Origin: Gracilinanus agilis
Lineage: Eukaryota
Direction of reading: 5' to 3'
Assembly: GCF_016433145.1 (NCBI RefSeq)
Contig: NC_058134.1
Coordinates: 210,464,350 to 210,528,349, forward strand
DNA length: 64,000 nucleotides
In this document: piece after piece, positions 13,270 through 25,497 of the stretch
How the letters are laid out: each line of letters opens with the position of its first letter
Position numbering within the stretch: the first letter of the stretch is position 1
Translations under genes and position numbers: made by a program
Notes under the pieces: model-generated
Seen by the model: only the letters and a program-made list of their open reading frames with translations
Database searches by the model: none
What the model was told of the DNA's origin: nothing

Positions 13270-14035
13270 CACAGAATTACAACATTGTAAGAGCCCAACC
13301 TATCTGAACCAAGAATTCCCCTGCTGTCATATCTAACATAGGATCATTGAGCCATTGTTTAAAGACTTCCATTGAAAAAATTCATTGTCTTTTGGAAAGC
13401 TCTTATTATTTGGAAGTTTGAATATTTTCCCATAGTTACATATTTCATGTTCTTTCCCTCTCCCCAAACCCCCCTAAGCCCCCATAGCCAACGCACAATT
13501 CCATTGGGTTTTACATGTATCTTTGATCAAGACCTAATTCCATATTATAGATAGTTGGACTAGAGTTATCATTTAGTGTCTACATCCCCAATAATACCCC
13601 GTCAGCCCATGTGTTCAAGCAGTTGTTTTTCCTCTGTGTTTCTCCTCCCACAGTTATTCCTCTGGATGTGGGTAGCGTTCTTTACCATAAGTCCCTCAAA
13701 ATTGTCCTGGATTATAGCATTGCTGCCAGTACAGAAGTCCATTACATTCGATTTTACCACAGTGTATCAGTCTCTGTATACAATGTTCTTCTGGCTCTGC
13801 TCCTTTCACTCTGCATCAGTTCCTGGAGGTCTTTCCAGTTCACATGGAATTCCTCCAGTTTATTATTCCTTTGAGCACAATAGTATGGAAGCTTGTCTTT
13901 AAACCAAGGCCAAATTTGCCTTTTATGTCTTCCAGTCGTTGTCTTGGCCTGCCCTCTGGAGCTAGACAACATATGTCTAACCTCTTTTCTGTGTGATAGA
14001 CCTTTAAATATTTGAAGATTGTTGTCATGGTTTGG
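13270..14035 (-). mobile_element. CR1/L3 LINE 3' fragment interrupted by an L1
   Basis: The minus-strand translation TTIFKYLKVYHTEKRLDICCLAPEGR...KGKFGL resembles the CR1 ORF2 C-terminus; similarity resumes on the other side of the L1. Confidence 0.7.
13420..13885 (-). mobile_element. 5'-truncated young L1 3' end (L1_Mdo-like)
   Basis: L1 3' UTR plus end of ORF2, closely similar to 52531-53178; possible TSD tggaag(t/c)tt at 13411 and 13886. Confidence 0.85.
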
Positions 14036-15758
14036 ATCAGAGCATCACACCTTGGGCTTGCCCAGAGCTGGATTTCCAGTAGACTGCTCTTGGACTCAGT
14101 TACTCTCAACATTCAGGAAAGCTCTGCAGGTTCAGGATGACAGAATTACTGGCTCCCCTTTAGTTTGGATTTCTTGCCCCTGCTCAATTTCTCTTCAGGC
14201 TTCTTGCTAGAAAGGGGACAAGAACTGACATTCTTCTGCTCTACTCCCGGAGTCAGAGCTCCTCCATTGTTACTTGCTCCTGTAGTTTTTAGCTGTCACT
14301 CTACGCTGCCTAATTGCACATTCCTTACTTGGTCTACCCTTGTTTTGTAACTTGTGACAACTTCTACAAGATGTCTATCCTGCATTCTGCACAAGGTCTA
14401 GGTGCCTGTGTGTGGCTCCAGGACTCCTTGCCCTGGTAAATAGCTTCATTCCTCTTTCAATTTCCTGGAATATTCCAGAGTGTACACAGACTAATAGTGT
14501 ATGAATGAACATGTTTTATTGTTCCTGAACCTCACCAGTTCACATTTATTAAACTCTGAGGTGCATAATTTTTTTCCTTCTCTTACTTTTTCTTATTTTT
14601 CTCAGTTTGATGGGTAATGGGATACCTTGAAGATAGCATATATATTTCTTTACCTAATATATTAAGTAGATTGAATATATTGTAAAGTGGTTATATTTCT
14701 GGATCCTCTTGAAAATTGTTTATATTTTTTGGCCTTTTATCCATTATAAAAACTTGATGTCAAATACCATCCTTTTGAATCTTTGAATAAAAATGGCCAA
14801 AATCTATTGAAACAGAGAGAGAATGTTTTCAAAACATGCTGCAAAGATGTAAAGAATTCCCTCTGGAAGTTTGCTAAGAAATACCCAGGGACATAACTCA
14901 CATTAGACTGTACATACATTGGTTTCTTTTTCACCTCTTAGCAAGATCTTCCTACTTTTTTCATAATTTTCCATGTGATCATTTCATTTTTTCATCAAGA
15001 AAGCCAAAATGTACTTAATTCTTAATTACCTGGAATATATAAGGAAATGCCTACTGAATGATATTTGCAGCCTTTTGAACTGGATATTTACAGTCACGTT
15101 CTATATTTCAAGATTTGCTCTACTTACATAAACCAGGCACATGCTACAAGTGGCCTCCTGTCAGCCAGCTATAACATGAAATTTGTAGGTAGCACTGGCA
15201 CCAGGATGTCATTTTATGATATAGAAATAGAAGTGAGCAGCTGCATGACATTGCCAATTACTTTACATGCCTTTCTTAGTAGTTTGTCACCATTAATTTA
15301 TGTCAATCTCAATATTTCCTTATCTTCCTGCTTTTGAAGTTCAGAGATCTACTTTTGATGATTTATATTTTAGTTTGTCACCTGTCATTTTCTCACAAAG
15401 CACCTCCAGGTTTTAACAGACTCCTCTTAAAATAACCAGCTTAAATGGAGAGGGTTCTCAGCTCAGCAATGTCTTTAGTTTTAAAAAGTAATTTTAAAAA
15501 CAAGTTTTAAAAAATAATGAAACTGTTCTTATCCTCCAGGAACTAGTAACTACATATATGAAGAAGCAAATCTACATGGTAATTTGAGGAAGGAGAGAAC
15601 ACTAATAACTAGGATATCACAGAGGAGGGTCATCGAGATCAATATACTTTAAAAGCCTAGAAGATAGTGGGAAAGAAAAAAGGCCAAGTGAAAATGTGTT
15701 TCTATACACAGACTGCCATGGATTTGCCTTTACAAGATGGTCATTTTGTTTTGGACAG

Positions 15759-15912
15759 ATTCCTTCTTTGCTGAGGCTGAAGCAGTTCCCCAGTGTCATG
15801 TTTGCTGGAGTGGACAGCCCAGGGGACGTCCTGGACTGTACCCATCAGGAGCTGTTTCGTACAGGAGGCTTTGTGGTGTCGGATGACAAAGTATTAGAAG
15901 CTGTAACTTTAG
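15759..15912 (+). CDS. TASOR2: TASOR2 coding exon (154 nt)
   Basis: gacag|ATT ... TTAG|gtttgt. Encodes [51 protein letters not shown]. Confidence 0.92.
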
Positions 15913-16294
15913 GTTTGTCCTTTTTGTTTTTTTCCCCTCTCTGCCCTTTTGGGCTTTGGAACTCAGGCAGATAGTTTATTTGAAAGTTGTCACTCAGTTG
16001 TGATGCCAGTTTCTTGTATTCTTTAATATACCCCAGCATTTCAGCTAGTAATAGAATGTTACTATTATTTCAGTGTCGTGCTTCCCCTTCCGTGCCAATA
16101 TATGGTGGTTGGTATAAATTTGGAGGACAGGAGATTAAAATGTCTATTTGAAATGCAATGTACATGAGTAGGGTTGGCATCTACTTACTGCCCTAAGTTC
16201 AGAAAATCTAGAAATGTGCTGCTTATAAACTGAGACAAGTGGATTCAGGCCCACCGGTTTTTCTTTTGTTGAAATTGATCATTCTTTTCTACAG

Positions 16295-16400
16295 TTCAGC
16301 TAAAGGAAATTGTCAAAATCTTGGAAAAACTAAATGCAAATGGAAGGTGGAAATGGTTGCTTCATTATAGAGAAAGTAAAAAGCTAAAAGAGGATGTAAG
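16295..16400 (+). CDS. TASOR2: TASOR2 coding exon (106 nt)
   Basis: ctacag|TT ... AG|gtaagg. Encodes (V)[34 protein letters not shown](R), with consistent phases. Confidence 0.9.
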
Positions 16401-17072
16401 GTAAGGCTCTTTGAGTTTTCCCTGTCTCACAAATTAAAAATCCATCCTAGAATCTTAAATGCAGATCCTGAGGTGTATGACTGTTACTTGGCAGTTAGGA
16501 ATAAGAATACTGGAAAGATGTACTGCTGCTTTGTGAAGAACAAGCTGTATTTTAAAGGACGTCAAAATCAGAATTCACTTTCATTAGAGATGGTTTGCAT
16601 GTAGATCTGCGTACAGGATAGAGATATCTTTCTTTCTAGGTTTAGTATTGAACCATTCAGCAAGAATTTAAGTACCTGCTACATTCTTAACAAATCATTT
16701 AACATTACAAAAATAATTGAAACATATCATTGGTTGAGAGATAAAATTTTCCCATTCTCCAAGTAATCCAAGCACTTACTTCATCACCAGTACCACCACC
16801 ACATTCCCCCTGAAAAAAATAAGGAGCACTGACTGACACACTGATCTGGGAATTGGGTCTTTGATTTCAAATCCTAGCTCTGCCACTAAACTAGCTGTGT
16901 GGCTTGAACAGATTACATCGTATCTTTGGGCCTGTTTCCACATCTGTAAAATGAGAATGGCCTTGATCAGTCATAACTAAGGATCTCTCTAGGCTATATG
17001 TTGACTTAATTTTAAATGTAATATAATCTGTGGTTATATATATTTCATTTTGCCAATTATTTCCCAATTGCA

Positions 17073-17246
17073 TTTTTTTAAGCTCTAGATATTGGTTCTG
17101 AGACAGAAGAATATTAAGGCTAGGCAATGGGGGTTAAGAGAGTTGCCCAGAGTCACACAACTAGGAAGTGTCTGAGGTCATATTTGAACCCAGGACTTCC
17201 CGTCTCTAGGCCTTGCTCTCAATCCCCTGAGCCACCCAGCTGCCCC
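17073..17246 (-). mobile_element. SINE1-like SINE
   Basis: ttgaacccaggacttcccgtctctaggcc...gagccacccagctgcccc. Confidence 0.8.
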
Positions 17247-17911
17247 CTTTCCAATTTCATTTTAATCTGTTTTAGGCCACACTCAGTGTTTTGGGGCTAT
17301 GTGTGGCCTATGGATGTGGAATGTTAGAAACCTTGTGCTTAGATGACCTTTAAGGTTTTTCAACTTAAAAACTGCTATCATGAAAATTTAACACTAACTC
17401 ACTTGGGCACCCCAAAATAAAGATTGGATTTTTTAAAAGAATATTGTTTGATATTGTCACCCCACTCTCAAATTAAGAATGCAAACAAAAGCCTATTGTT
17501 TCTCTTAAGATATTGGGGAGAGGAATGAGAGTGAAGTCTTCATTCACCCAGAGTGAAGTCAGTCCTCCAATTGGAGGGGCTTTCGCTTTGAAAAGTAAAG
17601 AGTGTGGAGAGGAATTGAGGGCTCTGGGGCTGGAAATCCAAAGCAAGAAGGTGTTTGTGGGCCAACTCCTGGTCTCAGCCTTTGGCCCGGCCTAGCCTTC
17701 TAAGGAGGTTTGCTAAGGGAATGTGGCTGGAGGCCTTTTCTTTCTCTGGCCTGCTTTCTATTACTTAGTTATTTAAATATCTAGGTATAATAATGTCAAG
17801 TTAGAATAGAAATACGTGCAAGAAAAATAGGAATGAAATATGTAAAATTCATAGTTTATATTCTTTGTCTCAGACAAATTGGCTAATTAACATTTCTACT
17901 TGCTTTTTCAG

Positions 17912-18093
17912 AGTAGACTCAATTGCTCATAGCAAGAATTCAATATTGAAATCATACCAGAGTGCAAATATCATTGAAGTACTTCATTATCACCAGTGTG
18001 ACTCCAAATCTTCAACAAAATCAGAGTATTTGAAATGTCTTCTGAATTTGCAAGTTCTGCACATCAATGCCAGGTTTGCTGTGTACCTAACAG
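17912..18093 (+). CDS. TASOR2: TASOR2 coding exon (182 nt)
   Basis: tttcag|A ... ACAG|gtaaat. Encodes [60 protein letters not shown]. Confidence 0.9.
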
Positions 18094-18479
18094 GTAAATA
18101 GCTGGCTAAAATCGGCCTTCCGTCCTCATTACAGTCACTAGGATGCCACAACACCTAGCAGGTGTTGCAAGTTTGTATGGACTAGTGATCCGTCCTAATG
18201 ACTAACTGGTATATTCTCTCATGTTCTGTCACATCCTGTGACTTGCAAAACAGGGTTATTGTCCAGTTTGAGTTTATCTGCATGTTAATGGACTTTTCAC
18301 TAGCCATATTTAAATTTGGTAATTTGCTTTTTATTTCACCACACTGAATTAATTTGTGCCGTAAGAGTAGTTTTTCAGTGTGATTTTTCTCATGAGTCTG
18401 AATCAGAATCAAACACACAAGAGTTGATATAGACGCCTCAAAAGACAGACATTTGACCAATCTATACAGGCAAAAGAAT

Positions 18480-19830
18480 CCATTCTACAGTATACCTGGC
18501 AAATGAGAATCCAGGTTTGGCTTGAAGACTTCCTATCACTGTTCCACATTTGGATAGCTTAAATTGTCAAAGTTGTTCAATTATATCAAGCTTAAGCCTG
18601 GTTCTTTGCAGCTTCTCCCCCTTTACTCTTTGATCTGTGCTCCGAGGCCAAACAGAGCTGCTATTCATTTCTCTATTCCATTTCACCAGCTGTACTGGAA
18701 TAATTGAAGTTATGTTTTGCTTCTCCTGAGTCTTCTCTTCTCCAGAAGAGAATAAATCCAAATTATTTATAAAAATGTTTCATGGTAACTGACGCTGGGG
18801 GTATGATTTTCTTCTAAGCTGGTATCATTGGTCACAGCTCCATTATTTGCCATTTGGTGATGGTGGTGGTTGTCCTTTCCAGGCTAAAGAGAATTTCCCT
18901 CAGCACTGAGGAAAGAGCTGAACAATTCCACTTCCTGCTTTCCATCACTGTTATCTCATCCATACCAAGAAGTAGTTCTGTCCCTTGAATCTTTTTCTTC
19001 CCCATAGAGCTTTTAAAAAATTATTTTTCGTTTTTTCATTGCCCAGCTCATGTTGAGATGTAGCACTGCTACATTATTGTATTCATGCTGTTTAAAACTT
19101 AAGTTGGTTGGTGAATCCCTGGTGCTGGTCTTTTTAAACAATTTTTCCTCCCTGAATGAATTCTGAATCCACTGACACCTGTTGTTCTAAGTACAGGACG
19201 CTTGTCAGATTCTGCCTTAAACTCTGTCATAAACTTTTCTAACAGTGGTCACGTCTCCCCTTCTTCAACCCCTTTGTACCTTAACCTGCCTCTTCAGTTA
19301 CATAGATTAAAAATCATAGTTCCTGGAATTGTTTTTAAGACAAGAAGTAGTTGGTTGTCCTGCTTTGGGCAGGGTTCCAGCATAATATGGCTGATGACTG
19401 AAGTCCTGTGTTATGAATGCCTTTGTACCAGGTTTGTGACGTTTCAAATTTCTCATCTGTAATACACCTTAATGGAAAGATCTCTACTTTCAGCCTGCAT
19501 TGATCTTTTACCCCAGAGCAGCCCTTTTCTGCTTCCAGAATTTCCTTACATGACAATATCTTAACATATAAATGCAGTTACTGCCCCCTTTTTACCTGCT
19601 GTATTCTTTGGGTAAGATTTACCCTTGAAGAGCCCAGTTCCATTCCAAGCCTCAATTTGCCTGAGGATCTAGAGTTTATTTTGCTTCTTCCTAATAGTAT
19701 TCCACATTTGTACATGGAGTTTACTGCTGCCTTCTTTCTTGGACTTTGAATCCTGTGAGTTCCTGTGTATTTCCTGCTCTTTACCCGTAAGATTGCGTCC
19801 AATGACTATGGGTCATGGCAGGGGATGAGG
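18480..19830 (-). mobile_element. Fragmented CR1/L3 LINE ORF2
   Basis: Minus-strand remnants (LFSSGEEK...KLQRTRLKLDI; LLGMDEI..ESRKWNCSALSS) resemble segments of CR1 ORF2. Confidence 0.6.
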
Positions 19831-19903
19831 AACAGCACCTGAACTTGCATTTGTGATCTTTTTGGCAACCAAGTAATTAGTGATTTTGATTTTCTTTTAA
19901 TAG

Positions 19904-20015
19904 ATAAACTCAGTACCTCCAGAGAAATATTTGAAAATAATGGAATCCTTGTTACTGATATAAGTAACTTTGCTGGAATTGTACAGAAAGCAGCCCCATT
20001 TAAGGCAACTTATTG
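19904..20015 (+). CDS. TASOR2: TASOR2 penultimate coding exon (112 nt)
   Basis: taatag|AT ... TG|gtgagt. Encodes (D)KLSTSREIFENNGILVTDISNFAGIVQKAAPFKATY(W), resembling the human C-terminus (...APFRSSYW) as recalled. Confidence 0.85.
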
Positions 20016-20796
20016 GTGAGTATAATTTGTCATAGCCTTTTTCTCTCTGCTCTACCGTGTGATTAAACAGCATTCTACAGATATAAACATGCATTTTCAG
20101 AAAACCAGACATGCTGGTTTAAATATTGCCGTATAACCTTGGGAAACTTGCCTTATGCTCTGTTCTACAGTTTCCTCATGTCTGTCTCATGACACTGCAA
20201 ACAAGCAGAGAAGCTGTACTTGAGTTCTTGAATGATTTCCTTAGTGTAGATACACCTACAAACCCAGACTGCAACTCCTCTGGGACTTAGGCTATATAAG
20301 CCTACACCATCATCCTTTAACCAGTTTAGTGTGATTACTTATTCTTGGACAGTGAACAGACCTGAAATGTAGATTTGCTGTCACCAAATCTATATCTGAA
20401 AACTGTAGTAGAACTTTCATTCTGCTGGCATAACCTTTGAGAACTTATGATCACCTTCATGCTACACACTAAGGCATCAAGGTAAAGGGTTGGTCGAAGT
20501 CGTAAACCATAAGTATAGAGATGGACATTTTTATGAACCGCAGGTGACATCTTTTAAAAGTCCATAAGGACTTGGAGAAACCAATCACACTTGCTTTCAC
20601 CATATGGACAGAATTCCAAATGTATACACAACCACATTGCCAGTCCCAGAGTGCTTGTTTTTATCTCAATGGTAAGCAGTTGTTTTCACTGGCCTGGATT
20701 TGTAGGATGAAGTCTGTTCCAATTTTGTTGCAGAAATGCACAGATTTGCTTAGCTCTGGGTTTATGTTAACCATTGTGAATTTTGTCTTTGTCTAG

Positions 20797-20800
20797 GTGA
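20797..20800 (+). CDS. TASOR2: TASOR2 last exon, coding part (G + TGA stop), followed by 3' UTR
   Basis: Polypyrimidine tract and gtctag|G TGA TGA. The G completes the TGG (Trp) codon begun in the previous exon. Confidence 0.65.
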
Positions 20801-21551
20801 TGAAAGTACCAGCTCTGATGACTTCCAAGACGAACTACAACGATGAGCTAATTCCCCCTTTCCATTCTGCCTTCCCCAACCCTAAACACCTTCAGGAAGA
20901 AATGAATCCACTTTTCACATTTAAAACTATAAATTTTCCATTATAATGCAGACATCCTTAGGGGATTATTTTTCTTTCAATTTATATATAGTCTGCTGAA
21001 ATGTGATTTATTTCAGAATGGCACAGTAGACTTAATTGTTAAGCTTTGGATTATAGGGTTTTAAATTATTTTTAAACAGGATGCATTTTAACAAAGCTAG
21101 TAGTATACATTATTAAAATGAACAATAGGAAAATGTTACCGAAAGGCGCTACAAGTTGGAAAACTGTAATGTAAAAGTCCATTTTAACAAGTGTATTTTT
21201 TATGGTTGTTTATGTAAATAAGGCATAAGTAGTACATGTTATGGTCTGAAATTCTTTTTATACACTTTGTCCATCTAGGAAATTAATCTAAATGTATTAG
21301 TCTACAGCTACACTACGTGAAGTTAATTTTTTTTCCCAAATGGTACCTATTTGCAATGACATTTTTCCACTCTGTTTGGTTTTTGTAAATAGCTCACTAC
21401 GTCAATATTCTGAGGAATAATAATCATATGTTTATTGTATTTCAAAAATTTCTATAGTAGTCTTTGAACACCTCAAAGCTTAACAGAAACTTTGTATAAG
21501 ATATGTGGTATCTATTTGGAGGGTAGGTTTTATACCTAATAATTTTTAAAA

Positions 21552-21557
21552 AATAAA
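21552..21557 (+). terminator. Candidate TASOR2 polyadenylation signal AATAAA
   Basis: Canonical hexamer about 750 nt after the stop, with U/GU-rich sequence downstream (ttttggtgtt near 21631). Another AATAAA lies at 22429-22434. Confidence 0.4.
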
Positions 21558-23246
21558 AACAAGTAAAATATTTTTCCCTGAATGATTTTATAACTATTAA
21601 AAAACAAATTCCCCGCTAGGCCTTTTTAAATTTTGGTGTTATTAGCTCCTCACAAGCATTTTCTTTAAAAACTTTTGCAACTTTGATAATGACAAGTCAC
21701 TAGAATACTAAAGCTTTTCAAGGGATCCTGATTTGGGTGTTCAATTAATTTTTGCCCCAGGTCAGACAAAAAAAAAAAATCTGATTGGCCAGTAGAGCCT
21801 GACTGTTTGGCCCCTACTACCATTCTATCTTGGCTACTGCCATGTTAAATGATTACTTTTACTTCAAGGATCTTGTTATTCCTTGTAGCCTTCTATAGTT
21901 TTTATTTTTGAGAACTGACTCATGTTTACAAAGCTAATTAACACATTGCCTCAATTAAAAGAAAATCTTAAAGCACTGAAATATCAGTTATTTTAACACC
22001 CTGTGTGCCACTGTCCCCAAGAAGGAAACTGGTTGTTTGTTTGGTGGGGTGTGATTGTACTTCCACAATTGTACTTTACTTGCATGAACTCCCCAGATAC
22101 TTTTAAACTTAAGATGGCTGTTTTTGGTTTTCCTTCCATACATGATATGATTCCTATGACTCACTGTAAAAGCAGTGGCTTTGGAACTCTGCATTACATC
22201 TTTTTAGGCTTATATAGGCAGTGAAGAGCAGGCTAATTCCTTGATGGAAAATTCAAAGTTGGTGACTTTGACAGAAAAATTAGCAGGGTTAGTTATACTC
22301 AATCCTTCCTTGAGGTGGGAGGAAGAATACTAGAAAAGGGAAAAGTTATCAGCTTCCATGTCATACTCTCCCCTACCACCTGGTGTCAGACACACATAAA
22401 GTCAGCACTTTAACTACAACTCTGCCCAAATAAACGAGTGTAAAGGTTAAAAAAAAATCAAGAGCTCAGGGCCTGGTTTCTCACAGCCAAGTATCCCACC
22501 TCTTCTCCCCTCCAGCATTCCTAACTAACTATGCATTTCCATTCTGTACCAAACCCCTTTAGAAGTGTCCCATTTACCTAAAAGCTTGAAAACTTTGTGT
22601 ACGCATTGGGAGAAAGTGATAGGAGCAGGTCAGAGCCTTCCCTCCTTTTAACAACTATTAATTTTAACAAGGGTGAGCAAGAACAGATTTTTTTCTGTTG
22701 TGTTAACTAACTTCCTACATGCCAAGACAGACTTGGTTATTTCCCCTTAAATGGTTGCTGATAAGCCAAATCCCAGTTAATACTTTAAACAGATGATGCC
22801 CACTTAAGAATTTTATGACAGAACTATGCCAAATAACAAAAATAAAAGGAGTCCTGTGGTTGCTAAAAAAGATTATAGTTCTATTACCTAATGATTATGA
22901 TTCATAATCAGGTCTTCTTTGGTCTTCCAAATTAAAAGTTACATTTCTGGTGGATGGGTGTATATTAATGAGAATGCTATTTACAAAAGTAATATGGGAA
23001 ACAGCGGGTATGGCCAATGACAGAACTTACAGTGGGAAGCAAATAGACCAATAAACAGGTACTGGTTTCCAGTTTGGCTTTACTTTGCAGTACAGAAATC
23101 ATTTGGAGCCATTTATAAAACATCACGGACTTGGAGGCTCTGTCAAATTAATACTGCATTGTGATTTGGTCCATCCAAAAAGCCAGGGGGATAGAAGGTA
23201 CTTTCACATCTTGCCTGCTATTATTACTTTTTTTTTTTTCATCAGT

Positions 23247-23252
23247 TTTATT
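23247..23252 (-). terminator. Candidate GDI2 polyadenylation signal AATAAA
   Basis: TTTATT on the + strand about 680 nt downstream of the GDI2 stop codon. Confidence 0.55.
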
Positions 23253-23927
23253 AGATTAAAACACCGAAGGAGCCCTTAGGCACACAGGCCCCTCCGCCCC
23301 TCCCAAATTATGTAAACAGTTTCAAAAGCTAAAGCTGGGTTAGAAATCTATGCCCATGACTAATGGCTATGATATCCGGGCACCGTCATAATACTTGACG
23401 TGAAACAAAAACTAAGAGTTATGGAACCTGGAGGGATGCTGTCCAACACTGGAGTGTTCAAGTTTCCTTAATGTTAGGAGAATAGATAGTACATGAACTT
23501 AGAGAATCAACATGAACCCAAAAAGCATACATTTGAAAAGGCTATACTATTAAAAGATACAAATACTGTATCGAGTTCTATTTGTCTGCCTCAGTGAGTG
23601 TATGTTTAAACTGTGCTTTCCCTTAAAAAACACACAGACATACACACACGCACACACACTCAGGGAAATTGAACATAATGTTAGCAATCTGTCACTTCTG
23701 GACAGTCATCCCAGGAGAAAGACAGTAATACATGATATTAAATGATATTAAAAAGGGGGAATAGAGGGGAACATTTAGGGGCATAGTACTCTTCAATCTC
23801 AAAGAAGTGATTACAAAAGCAGGCCATACAATATTGATTTCATATAATGTTCATTAGGTTCTTGATATAACTCTGTATTAGCTGAAATTTAAATTTCTCC
23901 TAATTGGATAGTAGCATATTACTGCTA

Positions 23928-24074
23928 TTAGTCTTCCCCATAAATGTCATTTTTCTTTCGTTTCATTTCTTCAAAGTCAAACTCAGACCCCATCATCCTC
24001 TTGTAGATGTCTTTAATATCGTCACAAGTTGTCTCAAAGTGAGTTGTAGCATCATAAGTACGGGAAATAAAGAT
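23928..24074 (-). CDS. GDI2: GDI2 exon 11 (147 nt coding, includes stop)
   Basis: Encodes [48 protein letters not shown]; AG acceptor at 24075-24076. Confidence 0.97.
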   Translation of the reverse strand: MFISRTYDATTHFETTCDDIKDIYKRMMGSEFDFEEMKRKKNDIYGED

Positions 24075-24162
24075 CTGGAAAAATAAAGTTGAGACACTTA
24101 GATGATTTTGAAATGCCTCCTGGAAAAGTGCAAACTTAAAAATCCCCAACTCTAATACTAAC

Positions 24163-24217
24163 CTGGCTTTCTGTTCCCAAATCAGTTGGAATATACAGAT
24201 CATTGATGCTAACAAAT
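24163..24217 (-). CDS. GDI2: GDI2 exon 10 (55 nt)
   Basis: cag|A TTT GTT AGC ATC AAT ... CAG|gttagt. Encodes [18 protein letters not shown]. Confidence 0.93.
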
Positions 24218-24626
24218 CTGAAAAGAGAATGGGTCAGAATGTTAAGTTTCATTGAGGGCAAGGAACTCATTTCTTTTTTGTACTTATACCAGGAAATTGT
24301 ACGTAATAGGCACTTGAATGTTTATTGAACAAACCGTTAATAGTGCTCCCAAGATTACTTGGCACCCAAAACATTCAATACATTGGAAGAGGAAAGATGA
24401 CACCACTTGCAATCAAAGCTTTGCCTTGAAAAACCAGTACCTTTCTAATGAAAGTAAAAACTCAGAGCAGCAAATCAAGGGGCAAGAAAATTAGATATTC
24501 TCATGCAAGGTGTCTAGCAGCTATTTGTTTGCCCTCACCTGGACCCAAGATGAGAAAACAAGAGTTAATAACCAGAACCTAATTTTCAACCAACCAATGG
24601 GACCGATACATAAATGTAAGACTCAC

Positions 24627-24771
24627 TGCTGTTCGATTGGCTCCAAAAGCTCTAATGCTGGTCTGATTTCCTTCTCAGGTTCTTTGGTTTCCACAGTAGT
24701 ACTAACGATAGCAATATACTTTCCTTGTGCAGCCACATTGTGTGCAGAAGAAATCATGCAAACGTAGATAT
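24627..24771 (-). CDS. GDI2: GDI2 exon 9 (145 nt)
   Basis: gcag|AT ... CA|gtgagt. Encodes [47 protein letters not shown]. Confidence 0.95.
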
Positions 24772-25497
24772 CTGCAACAAACCATTAAAGCACATTTTCT
24801 ACATTTTTAAGTGTTGAATATTTGTATGTTTTAAGTTATGCATTTCTTCATTTGTATTTTAAACTTCTTGACTAGGATTAGATCTACTGAGCCTAGGATT
24901 TTTGATAAACTAGCACAGTGTCTCACAAAATAAGGAGGGGGGAATATATGAATGGATGGAAAGTGAAATAGGTCGCCAATAAAGCACCTATAATGACTAG
25001 AGTACAATGACATAAACAAGACAACAAAAATCAAATCTGAATGTTTTGAGTCTTAAACAACTGTGATCAACCTGGAACCCAAATCAGAGGTAAGAAGATA
25101 TCCCCCTCCTAACTAGAAGAGGTGAGGACCCAGTTAATTTACTGGTTGTTTCTACCAAACTGCTTTTTTCCTTAGATGTTGATGTCATCCACTTTTTGTG
25201 TCAAGCTATGGTTTTATCACATAAGAGTGCTAATAAATAACCAAATGTCATACAAATAAGTAAAATTAAGTAACAAGACAAAAACTGGCACTGGAGGTTC
25301 TGTCCCATTAGGTTAGAAATAGTATATATCCACTAAGCTCCCTACAAATTCAATTTGTAGATATCAATTCTTAAACTTTGAGGTTTCCAGCCAGTAAACT
25401 GTTTTTCTTCTTAACGTGCTTAAACAATCAATAGTATAATGAAACAAAAATCCCAAAGAGAACACTTCTTGAGCATTCTCCAATCTTTACAACTCAC

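Noticed and set aside
18182-18460. 92-aa minus-strand ORF as a transposase remnant
   Set aside because: I could not recognise any catalytic or family motif, so it is left unassigned.
24500-24600. Possible extra exon or snoRNA in GDI2 intron 9
   Set aside because: A cag|gtgagg donor-like site exists, but the frame is not GDI-like and I could not place C/D or H/ACA boxes with terminal stems.
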